A stretch of 64,000 nt of DNA from Bacteroidota bacterium (GTDB taxonomy: Bacteria; Bacteroidota; Ignavibacteria; Kapaibacteriales; Kapaibacteriaceae). Positions 39,993-48,508 of this stretch are shown here, in pieces. Position 1 is the stretch's first letter. Each line of letters opens with the position of its first letter. The translations under genes were made by a program, and so were the position numbers. The notes under the pieces are model-generated. The model was not told the origin of the DNA. It did not search any database and saw only the letters and a program-made list of their open reading frames with translations. The DNA is taken from contig JBDKEN010000002.1 of assembly GCA_039795225.1 (NCBI GenBank), forward strand, positions 334,869 to 398,868, read 5' to 3'.

Positions 39993-40955
39993 ATGGACAT
40001 TTCCCTCCTTATATCGAATCTGACCAATCCCACGCTGCTCTTCTTTCTTCTCGGCATTCTTGCTGCGCGGTTGAAAAGCGATCTGGAGATTCCGTCAACC
40101 ACAGCGAAGTTTATCAGCCTCTACTTGCTCTTCTCGATTGGATTTAAGGGTGGTCAGGAGCTTGCACACAGTCCGGTTACAGCCGAGATTGTCTGGTCAT
40201 GCATTGCCGGTTTGGTGATCGCATCAGCCATCCCTGCTTATGGCTTCTTCATCCTGAAACGGCACTTTTCAATTTCTGATGCTGGTGCAATTGCTGCCGC
40301 CTATGGATCGGTGAGTGCTGTAACGTTCGTGGCTGCGTCGACCTATCTCGAAGCACAGGGAATGACGTTTGGTGGTCACATGGTGGCAGTGATGGCATTG
40401 ATGGAGTCGCCGGCCATCATCGTCGGTATTCTCCTTGTGATGATGTATGACATGGAGAGTCGACAAACAGTTCGACTTGGACAGGTTCTTCATCATGCGT
40501 TTACGAATGGAAGTGTCCTGATGATCACGGGAAGTTTGATCATTGGGATCATTTCTGATGAACGAGCCGCAATGGGTATCAAGCCCTTTACAACGGATAT
40601 CTTCAAGGGGTTCTTGGCCATATTCCTCCTAGAAATGGGGCTGATCACCGGCAATCGATTGGCGTCCTTTCGAACACATGGATGGTTTACGGTTGCCGTT
40701 GGTATTGTCTTCCCTTTGCTGAACGGATGTACGGTAGCAGTGGCAAGTCAGCTCGTAACCGCCGACCCGGGTAACCGGTTCATGTTCGCAATCCTTGCAG
40801 CTAGCGCTTCGTATATCGCTGTTCCGGCGGCGATGCGCTTAGCTGTTCCCAAAGCGGATCCAGGTCTCTACATTCCAATGGCTCTCGGCGTAACATTCCC
40901 CCTGAATATCACACTTGGTATGCCACTGTATGAGTGGTTGGTATTTGCAACCTGA
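39993..40955 (+). CDS. SbtA-like (Sbt_1/DUF897) sodium-dependent bicarbonate transporter family permease
   Basis: Starts MDISLLISNLTNPTLLFFLLGILAARLKSDLEIPSTTAKFISLYLLFSIGFKGGQEL, followed by about 10 TM segments. Confidence 0.65.
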   Translation: MDISLLISNLTNPTLLFFLLGILAARLKSDLEIPSTTAKFISLYLLFSIGFKGGQELAHSPVTAEIVWSCIAGLVIASAIPAYGFFILKRHFSISDAGAIAAAYGSVSAVTFVAASTYLEAQGMTFGGHMVAVMALMESPAIIVGILLVMMYDMESRQTVRLGQVLHHAFTNGSVLMITGSLIIGIISDERAAMGIKPFTTDIFKGFLAIFLLEMGLITGNRLASFRTHGWFTVAVGIVFPLLNGCTVAVASQLVTADPGNRFMFAILAASASYIAVPAAMRLAVPKADPGLYIPMALGVTFPLNITLGMPLYEWLVFAT

Positions 40956-40977
40956 CCTTGTATCACTTGACACACCT

Positions 40978-43086
40978 ATGAAGCTCGGAATCATCCCGCT
41001 CGTTATCGTAACACTTCTGATCATTGAAGGGAAGGCACAGCTCGTGTACCCCAACACAAAACGTGTGGACGTTCGTGATACGATTCATGACGTCGTAGTT
41101 CCGGATCCATATCGATGGCTGGAGAATGATTCGGATCCTGAGGTCACATCATGGGTTGAGCAGCAGGCAGCCGTCGCCGACCGTCATCTTCAGCGCATTC
41201 CATATCGCGAAGCACTCATTGATCGTCTCGATGCGGTGAATACCTTTGAGCGCCGTTCTGCCCCCTGGCATAGAGCTGGGATCACATTCTTCTATCGAAA
41301 TGACGGACGTCAGAACCATAGTGTTCTTTGCATGCAGCGTGATGGCGCAAGCGAGGTAGAAGTGTTGCTCGATCCTAACACGTTCAGCGCCGATGGCACG
41401 GTCTCGCTTGCATTTGCAACAGAAAGCCGTGATGGACGCTATCTCGCGTTCGGTAAGTCTGAAGGGGGCTCCGATTGGCGTGACATCTACATCATGGACA
41501 TTGCTTCCCGGAAACTCTTGCCAGAGGTCATTCGCTATGTAAAGAATTCCGGCGTTAGCTGGCATGAGAGCGGCTTCTTCTACTCCCGATACGATTCATC
41601 GTCGTCAGCCGAGAAGTCCTTGACGAAACGGAACTCTCAGCAGTTCGTGATGTATCATCGCTTGGGAACGTCGCAACAACAAGACGAACTCGTGTATACC
41701 GATCCATCGAGTCCGGAGCAGTTCGTTGGTTGCTACGTGTTGGAAGATTCACGCTATCTTATCCGCACGGTGCGGAAGGGCAATCAGGATGGCAATGAAG
41801 TTTATCTCCGACCTCTTGACGAGTCGTTAGGTCCGTGGAAGAGAATCTATGCGAGTTCCACCTCTTCCTTTTATCCGCGACACGATCGTGATGGTGTTCT
41901 CTATGGTGTGAGTACGGATGCGTCCCCCAATGGCCGCGTCGTGCGAATTGACGACCCGATGGGCTCGGCAACAATGGAAACCGTTGTGTCCGAGCGACGT
42001 GATGTTCTCGATGAGCTGTCGTTTGGTGGTGGAAGGATGTTTCTAACCTACATGTCCGACGTTCACCACATTGTTCAAGTTGCGGACCTGGATGGTAATG
42101 CGATTGCTGATGTCGAGTTGCCCGGCATTGGCTCTGTATCGGGATTTGATGGCATGTCGAGCGATTCAGCGGTGTACTTCACCTTCACGTCCTACACGAT
42201 GCCAACAACGATCTATCGCTATGATATCACTTCGGGTGCAAGTAGCGTTTGGCAACGGATTACTGCACCATTTGATCCCTCCTCGTTCACTTCCGAACAG
42301 GTGTTCGTACGAAGCAAGGATGGAACGCGTATACCAATGATGATCCTTCGGAAGAAGGGTACGACTGGTCCACGTCCAACGATGCTCTATGGCTATGGTG
42401 GATTCAATATCTCGATTACGCCAAGCTTCAACGTCAACTACATTCCATGGCTCGAGCAGGGCTGTGTGATTGCTGTTGCAAATCTTCGCGGAGGGGGCGA
42501 GTACGGCGAAGAGTGGCATTCGGCTGGGATGCGATTAAAGAAGCAGAATGTATTTGATGATGCAATCGCATGTGCCGAGTGGCTCGTCGCAAATGGTATT
42601 ACCTCGCGTGACGTGCTGGCTCTGAACGGCCGATCGAACGGTGGCCTGCTCGTGGGAGCGGTGATAAACCAGCGTCCGGATCTCTTCCGCGTCGCGCTCC
42701 CAGAAGTCGGTGTGATGGACATGCTTCGATTCCATCGCTTCACGATCGGATGGAATTGGCAGGCCGACTATGGTGAGATTAACAAGCCGGATGAGTTTCG
42801 TGCTCTGCATGCCTACTCACCCTACCACAACCTTCGTTCAGACGTTGAGTATCCGTCGACAATGGTGATGACGGCCGACCATGATGATCGAGTTGTTCCC
42901 GCCCATAGCTTCAAGTACGCAGCGATGTTACAGCACGTATACAAAGGATCACGTCCAATGCTCCTGCGTGTAAAGCTGCGCTCGGGACATGGCGACGTCA
43001 ATCGTCGGAAGCTTCTTGAAGGTGTAGCCGACAAGTACTCGTTCATGTGGTCTGAGATGGGCTTTACGCCAACGTTCACACGATAG
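40978..43086 (+). CDS. Prolyl oligopeptidase (S9A prolyl endopeptidase), secreted
   Basis: Signal peptide MKLGIIPLVIVTLLIIEGKAQ. N-terminal signature YPNTKRVDVRDTIHDVVVPDPYRWLEND. Catalytic region NGRSNGGLLVG, ending in ..DHDDRVVPAHSFK. Confidence 0.9.
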   Translation: MKLGIIPLVIVTLLIIEGKAQLVYPNTKRVDVRDTIHDVVVPDPYRWLENDSDPEVTSWVEQQAAVADRHLQRIPYREALIDRLDAVNTFERRSAPWHRAGITFFYRNDGRQNHSVLCMQRDGASEVEVLLDPNTFSADGTVSLAFATESRDGRYLAFGKSEGGSDWRDIYIMDIASRKLLPEVIRYVKNSGVSWHESGFFYSRYDSSSSAEKSLTKRNSQQFVMYHRLGTSQQQDELVYTDPSSPEQFVGCYVLEDSRYLIRTVRKGNQDGNEVYLRPLDESLGPWKRIYASSTSSFYPRHDRDGVLYGVSTDASPNGRVVRIDDPMGSATMETVVSERRDVLDELSFGGGRMFLTYMSDVHHIVQVADLDGNAIADVELPGIGSVSGFDGMSSDSAVYFTFTSYTMPTTIYRYDITSGASSVWQRITAPFDPSSFTSEQVFVRSKDGTRIPMMILRKKGTTGPRPTMLYGYGGFNISITPSFNVNYIPWLEQGCVIAVANLRGGGEYGEEWHSAGMRLKKQNVFDDAIACAEWLVANGITSRDVLALNGRSNGGLLVGAVINQRPDLFRVALPEVGVMDMLRFHRFTIGWNWQADYGEINKPDEFRALHAYSPYHNLRSDVEYPSTMVMTADHDDRVVPAHSFKYAAMLQHVYKGSRPMLLRVKLRSGHGDVNRRKLLEGVADKYSFMWSEMGFTPTFTR

Positions 43087-43113
43087 CTTTCACCACGTAG
43101 AAGAACCCGTACC

Positions 43114-44082
43114 ATGGATCGTCGCTCCTTTATCGTAACAACTACCGTCGGTGCAGCGGCACTCGCTATCCCAGGCAATGCTGATGTCATACCTGCGCAG
43201 CATGAGTTGCACGCACAATCCGACTCGCCCCTTGTCATCTCCACATGGGACCACGGCATGGCTGCAAATGCGGCTGCTCTGGCAGCACTTGCCTCCGGTG
43301 GGAGTGTGGTCGATGCTGTTGAACGGGGCGTAATGGTTACTGAGTCCGACCCGACGAACCTTAGCGTCGGTCTGTCGGGTCTGCCGGACCGTGACGGGAT
43401 TGTAACACTCGATGCGTGCATCATGGCGGGTGATGGTCGTGCCGGTTCTGCGTGCTTCCTTCAGGGTATTGCGCATCCGATATCATTGGCGCGGATGGTG
43501 ATGGACAAGACGCCCCACGTGATGCTTGTCGGTGCCGGAGCTGAACGCTTCGCGCGTGAGAATGGCATCGTGCAGAAGTCGAACACCCTCTCTGCTGAAG
43601 CGAAGAAGGCGTGGGAGAAGTGGCTGAGGGAGAAGAAGTATAATCCTATCATCAATATCGAGAATCACGACACGATTGGGTTGCTCGCACGCGATGCGCA
43701 GGGTCGTATGGCCGGTGCCTGTACCACAAGCGGCCTTGCCTACAAGATCCACGGTCGTGTTGGCGACTCACCGATCATCGGTGCTGGACTCTTCGTTGAT
43801 GATGAGGTAGGGGGCGCAACCTGCACCGGTCTCGGCGAATCCGTCATCCGCACCAGTGCTTCCACCGTCGCCGTCGAACGCATGCGCTATGGAGCATCGC
43901 CACAGGAAGCCTGCGAAGAGGCAATCAAACGAATCGTCAAGAAACACGACAACTGGAAGGACTTCCAGGTTGGCATTCTTGCCATCGATAAGCAGGGACG
44001 TCACGGTGCCTTCGCCCTCCACAAGGGCTTTACCTATGCGCTGAATCAGGAACTGAAGAAAGCGCAAGCGTATTACCAATGA
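43114..44082 (+). CDS. Ntn-hydrolase of the glycosylasparaginase / asparaginase-2 family, with a Tat-type signal
   Basis: Tat-type signal MDRRSFIVTTTVGAAALAIPG. Autoprocessing site HDTIGLLA. Also GRVGDSPIIGAGLFVD and GGATCTGLGE. Confidence 0.85.
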   Translation: MDRRSFIVTTTVGAAALAIPGNADVIPAQHELHAQSDSPLVISTWDHGMAANAAALAALASGGSVVDAVERGVMVTESDPTNLSVGLSGLPDRDGIVTLDACIMAGDGRAGSACFLQGIAHPISLARMVMDKTPHVMLVGAGAERFARENGIVQKSNTLSAEAKKAWEKWLREKKYNPIINIENHDTIGLLARDAQGRMAGACTTSGLAYKIHGRVGDSPIIGAGLFVDDEVGGATCTGLGESVIRTSASTVAVERMRYGASPQEACEEAIKRIVKKHDNWKDFQVGILAIDKQGRHGAFALHKGFTYALNQELKKAQAYYQ

Positions 44083-44144
44083 CCAATGACCAATGACCAG
44101 TTACCAATGACCAATGACCAATGACCAGTTACCAATGACGGATG
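44075..44144. repeat. Heptamer-based tandem array with a 28-nt super-period: (ACCAATG)3 ACCAGTT (ACCAATG)3 ACCAGTT ACCAATG ACGGATG
   Basis: Counted directly as 10 heptamer units. The array starts inside the last two codons of the upstream gene (stop TGA at 44080-44082). Confidence 0.97.
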
Positions 44145-44169
44145 ATCTTGTCACTCCGGGTCTCTATAA

Positions 44170-45342
44170 CTACATGCTATCCAGGCCTGCTGACTTGCGC
44201 CAGAGCCATTCCATCGGGCCCATGCGGTGGTGTGAGAGCCACCACTTGCTGATGGCGATCTGTGCGGCGAGAATTACTAATGCGAGCAGAGTTGATTCCG
44301 CTGCTGAGAGCTTGTCGTAGAGACCGAAGCCGTACCCATAGAACAACGTAGTGGAGATCACCGAATGCATGAGGTAATTCGTCAGAGCCATCCTTCCGGC
44401 ATAGGCAAAGAGACGGAGACGTTCGGCGTTGAGAAGGATGAGGGCTACATAGGAGAAACTCAGTAACGGGGCTCCCACATGTGTACTGAGACTTACCAGG
44501 AACGAATTCTCTGTGGTGTATCCGACCAGCATTGCGATCGAACCGAGGATGCCAAGCGGGAGAGCCCCCTTCCATGCTCGTTGCAGGAAGCGTTCGTAAT
44601 GGCAAATGTTGGCAATGATCTTTTCGCGACCAACGACCAGACCCAGCAGGAACATGACAATGACCATGGGGATCTGAATGTCGAGGATTGAGCGTTCTGA
44701 AGCACGGAGCTTGACGACTTCTGCATAGGTGCCGGACGAGTATGCTGATATGCTCTCCGGCGACATCAGAGTGCTGGCACTCTGAAGAGGAACGAAGCTG
44801 AAGTAGACCGATCCAGCAACAGAGATGACCGCTGCGATGGTCAGCAAAACACGTGTATGAAGCTTTCGAACCATGAGTAGCAAAACGCCCGCCACCGCAT
44901 AGAGTCGCAGAATATCTCCGTCCCAGAGGAGGATCGAATGCGCGATGCCGATCAGCAGTAATACGCCGAGTCGCTGCATATATAGCCGGACGAAGGGACG
45001 TCCCGTGTCTTCCATGCGCTGCATCTGCACGGCAAAGCCGACTCCGAAGAGGAAGCTGAACAGCAGATAAAACTTGGTCAGAGCAAAGCAGGCGATCGCA
45101 AGATCAACGGCCTGGTCGATCATGGTGCCACGCGAGGCAAACGTTCCGGCTCTCAAGGCCGACCCGCTGAAGTCGACCATGTTGACGAGGAAGATGCCGC
45201 AAAGCGCTACACCCCGCATCACATCCAGCTCCTGGATTCTGTCAGCTTTTGGATTCACCACGCGAAGATATGATTCAACGTATGGATCCCGCGTTCGCAT
45301 GAACGGGCGAGACTGCGTCTCGCCCCTAGATAGTACCTCCAT
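44170..45342 (-). CDS. DUF418 (YeiB-like) polytopic membrane protein
   Basis: Sequences LDVMRGVALCGIFLVNMVDF, GRMALTNYLMHSVISTTLFYGYGFG and WWLSHHRMGPMEWLWR. Confidence 0.7.
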   Translation of the reverse strand: MEVLSRGETQSRPFMRTRDPYVESYLRVVNPKADRIQELDVMRGVALCGIFLVNMVDFSGSALRAGTFASRGTMIDQAVDLAIACFALTKFYLLFSFLFGVGFAVQMQRMEDTGRPFVRLYMQRLGVLLLIGIAHSILLWDGDILRLYAVAGVLLLMVRKLHTRVLLTIAAVISVAGSVYFSFVPLQSASTLMSPESISAYSSGTYAEVVKLRASERSILDIQIPMVIVMFLLGLVVGREKIIANICHYERFLQRAWKGALPLGILGSIAMLVGYTTENSFLVSLSTHVGAPLLSFSYVALILLNAERLRLFAYAGRMALTNYLMHSVISTTLFYGYGFGLYDKLSAAESTLLALVILAAQIAISKWWLSHHRMGPMEWLWRKSAGLDSM

Positions 45343-45368
45343 ACCTCCGTAACTCCGTAACTTCTGCC

Positions 45369-46013
45369 ATGCGTACGCTCATCATTGGTGCTACGGGGCT
45401 TGTGGGCTCCGAGCTTGTTCATCTTCTGGCGAACGATTCGAGGTTCTCGTCGGTTGTCGTGCTATCGCGTCGGCCCATCGTGGGATATGATGGACATCCA
45501 ACGATCCGCAACGTGGTAAAGGATTTCGATGCGCTCACGGGCGATGAGGACATCTACGACGTTGATGTCGTTTTCTGTGCTATGGGCACAACGATCAAGA
45601 CAGCTGGATCCAAGGAAGTCTACCGCCGCATCGATCATACCTACCCGATGAAGGTTGCCACCTTCGCGCGACAGCAGGGGGCTCGGCACTGGGTGATTGT
45701 GAGCAGTGGCGGCATCAGTGAAAACTCACGCTTCTTCTACATCCAGGTCAAAGCCGACGTAGAGCGAGATCTGCGTGCACTAAACTTTCCACTGCTGACG
45801 ATCCTACGTCCATCACTGATCCTTGGTAACAGGCGTGAGTTTCGCCTTGGTGAACGAATCGGCATGGTATTGATGAAGATCTTCAATGGTGTGATCCCGA
45901 AAGCCTATAAGGCTATTGAAGCATCGGCCATCGCTGCAACGATGATCCGGTGTGCATTCAACCAGCGACCCAACGGTGTTGAGGAAGTGTTCAATCAGAA
46001 CATCCGACATTGA
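45369..46013 (+). CDS. NAD(P)H-binding Rossmann protein (atypical SDR, HTATIP2/YraR-like)
   Basis: Starts MRTLIIGATGLVGSELV. The length and pattern fit the NAD(P)-binding PF13460-like family. Confidence 0.6.
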   Translation: MRTLIIGATGLVGSELVHLLANDSRFSSVVVLSRRPIVGYDGHPTIRNVVKDFDALTGDEDIYDVDVVFCAMGTTIKTAGSKEVYRRIDHTYPMKVATFARQQGARHWVIVSSGGISENSRFFYIQVKADVERDLRALNFPLLTILRPSLILGNRREFRLGERIGMVLMKIFNGVIPKAYKAIEASAIAATMIRCAFNQRPNGVEEVFNQNIRH

Positions 46014-46034
46014 GCTATCATCCGGAGAGCACAT

Positions 46035-47219
46035 ATGCATCGTCCACTACAGTTTCTTGTTGCCTTGGTACTCATCGTCGGAAGCTCTCGTGCATCCGCG
46101 CAGTCGCTTGTTGAGCCGGTCTATGCGACGAGGGCTATCAAGGATGTCTTCTTTGGGACAGCAAAGCGATTCGATGGCGGAATCGACACGTTGAAGATGA
46201 ACATCTTCGTGCCAACCAACGATAATTCCACCAAACGCCCACTCGTCGTGTGGGTTCATGGAGGGGGCTTTATCCAAGGCAGTCGCAATGATTTCAATGC
46301 GCTTGCCGAAACATGGGCCAAGCGCGGCTACACGGCGGTGACGATTTCGTATCGTCTGGGAATTGTGGGGTCGCTCTTGGACCCTCCATTTGCATACGAC
46401 GAGGCAGAAGCCATCCGTGCGTGTTATCGTGGTATTCAAGACGTACGCGGTGGACTTCGCTTTCTCGTGAAGAATGCGGCAGCGTATGGTATTGATACCG
46501 GTCGATGTGTGATCGGTGGCGCAAGTGCCGGGTCAATCATTGCTCTGCACGCTGCATACTTTGATGCGCAGGATCCGATCCCAGCTTCGGCTGGAGCCAT
46601 AAGTGATGCTGTGCGATTGACGGGTACATATCCGCGTCCGGCTCTTGGTACGCCAGATGGCGACCTGCATCTTGATGTCCCAACGCCGTCAGTCAAGGTC
46701 GTGCTGAACATCTTTGGAGCGTTGTTTGACGTGGCATACCTCGGCGGCGCCCCGTTTATACCGTTATTTAGTTACCACCAGATTGATGACCCTGTAGTGC
46801 CATGTGGTACAAATCGCGCATACCATGCTATTGGTATTGTGTCGTCGAACTACCCATATGTGAATGGAACATGCACCATCAAACAGGAGCTCGAGAAACG
46901 GGGAGTCCCTGCGAATCTTCACGAGGCTATTCTCCATCCCGGTGCGGCCCATGAGGTGCATGATCCGAATGGTGTGGACCGAGCAGCAGCAGTTTTTGCC
47001 GCTGCCTGGATGTTGGCAACGACCGACGTCGATGACGATTCTGCTATCGAGTTGACAGGAGGGCTGTGGAATCTTGTAACGATTGATGGCAGATCAGCTG
47101 GATGTGATGTTGATCTCAGCACACACGTTGCACTCCCAGATGGTATCTATGCTGCGTCGCAAGGGGAGCGTCGTCACCTTGTAGGAGTGATCAACGGTAG
47201 AGTTGCCGTAGTACGCTAA
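46035..47219 (+). CDS. Secreted alpha/beta-hydrolase (carboxylesterase/lipase-like)
   Basis: Signal peptide MHRPLQFLVALVLIVGSSRASAQ. Oxyanion motif VWVHGGGF and nucleophile elbow GGASAGS. Confidence 0.7.
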   Translation: MHRPLQFLVALVLIVGSSRASAQSLVEPVYATRAIKDVFFGTAKRFDGGIDTLKMNIFVPTNDNSTKRPLVVWVHGGGFIQGSRNDFNALAETWAKRGYTAVTISYRLGIVGSLLDPPFAYDEAEAIRACYRGIQDVRGGLRFLVKNAAAYGIDTGRCVIGGASAGSIIALHAAYFDAQDPIPASAGAISDAVRLTGTYPRPALGTPDGDLHLDVPTPSVKVVLNIFGALFDVAYLGGAPFIPLFSYHQIDDPVVPCGTNRAYHAIGIVSSNYPYVNGTCTIKQELEKRGVPANLHEAILHPGAAHEVHDPNGVDRAAAVFAAAWMLATTDVDDDSAIELTGGLWNLVTIDGRSAGCDVDLSTHVALPDGIYAASQGERRHLVGVINGRVAVVR

Positions 47220-47289
47220 ATGATGTTTGTCATGAACTCAGGGGGCCTGTGTCGACTAGCTTCGATGCAGACTATCACCAACGGAGTTC

Positions 47290-48432
47290 ATGATGTTCAA
47301 TGTTGCCCAAAGCCCCCTGATCGACGATCTGTTTTCGATCACGTCGAAGCCGTGCCTTAGCCTGTATCTGCCGACGCATCGCACGCAGCCTGAGCGCCGG
47401 GATGATCAAACGCGGTACCGTCAGTTAGTGCGCCATCTAAATGACTCGCTGGAAATGGCCTATGGTGCCGAGGAGGTCGCAAACCTCATGCAGCCCTTTC
47501 GTGCTCTGGAGCGCGACGATACGTTCTGGAATACGCGGCGTCAGGGTGTGGCAATATTTCGTGCTCCTGGTGTCTTTATAACGCAGCATCTGGATCGATC
47601 AGTACCTGAGATTGCCGTTGTCGCTGATAACTTTCACGTCAAGCCTCTCTTTCGACTGCTTCAAACGCTCGAGGATTACCACGTATTGTGCCTAACGCGT
47701 GAATCAGCGCAGCTCTTCGTTGGTAATCGTGATGGTTTACAGGAAGTGCCATTTCCGACGGGGTCGGTTCTTCTCATCAACGAGATCCTGGGTGAGGAAC
47801 TCAGCGATCCGGGGTTCTCGCGTTCAAATTCTGGTGGCACAGATCGAATTGTGCCGCATACAACCATAGAAGATGAGGTTGACAAAGACACTGAACGTTT
47901 CTTTCGACAGGTTGATCGCATTGTGATGGAGATCGCATCGCGTCCCTCAGGTATGCCACTAGTTGTTGCAAGCCTACCTGAACAGGCGGCGTTGTTTCAT
48001 CGCATCAGCAGAAATCCCCGCCTTGTAGAAACAAGTCTGACGGTCAATCCATTTGGGATTGAGCTTCGCGACCTTGTTGACCGAGTATGGCAAGTGATGC
48101 AGCCGCATATGATAGCTGAGAGTCGAATGCTGATTGAGGCATACGAGGAAGCCGCAGGTCATGCCGATGGAATCGATGGAATCTTTGCCATCGCTCATGC
48201 AGCAGTTGAGGGGCGCATTGAAACGCTCTTTGTGGAGGATTCACGTGAGCTGCCAGGTAAAATTGATGAGGCTACGGGCACGGTGATCTTTGATGATTTA
48301 CGCGTTCCGGATGTGAACGATCTCCTCGATGATATCGCACGTATTGTACTTCGTCATGGGGGAACAGTAATCGTTCTACCGTCGGAGGTGATGCCCACAC
48401 GAACTGGAGCCGCTGCTATTCTGCGATACTGA
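47290..48432 (+). CDS. Uncharacterised eRF1/Pelota-like protein (bacterial aeRF1-type, baeRF-like)
   Basis: N-terminus PCLSLYLPTHRTQPERRDDQTRYRQLV. There is no GGQ, but a mid-protein SNSGGTD loop is present. The C-terminal AAVEGRIETLFVEDS resembles the GAVETLL(V/I) motif of eRF1/Pelota domain 3. The protein ends GGTVIVLP...AAAILRY. The assignment is from memory of the family pattern. Confidence 0.5.
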   Translation: MMFNVAQSPLIDDLFSITSKPCLSLYLPTHRTQPERRDDQTRYRQLVRHLNDSLEMAYGAEEVANLMQPFRALERDDTFWNTRRQGVAIFRAPGVFITQHLDRSVPEIAVVADNFHVKPLFRLLQTLEDYHVLCLTRESAQLFVGNRDGLQEVPFPTGSVLLINEILGEELSDPGFSRSNSGGTDRIVPHTTIEDEVDKDTERFFRQVDRIVMEIASRPSGMPLVVASLPEQAALFHRISRNPRLVETSLTVNPFGIELRDLVDRVWQVMQPHMIAESRMLIEAYEEAAGHADGIDGIFAIAHAAVEGRIETLFVEDSRELPGKIDEATGTVIFDDLRVPDVNDLLDDIARIVLRHGGTVIVLPSEVMPTRTGAAAILRY

Positions 48433-48508
48433 TCGGGTGAGGATGCTTGTGGTGTCACCACGTCTCCGATAGAGGATTCTTCCAGAGAAATTCTCGTAGT
48501 TTCTCTCT

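Noticed and set aside
39536-40147. 203-aa plus-strand ORF rich in V/A/T, and the 39518..39901 minus-strand ORF
   Set aside because: These are alternative-frame readings of the GGT/GAC/CGC repeats that encode the PNPase RGG tail. The first also crosses the pnp terminator.
28656-44144. Heptamer arrays as CRISPR or a mobile-element terminus
   Set aside because: The units are 7 nt and directly abutting, with no spacers. There are no cas, transposase or integrase genes and no flanking inverted repeats in the window.
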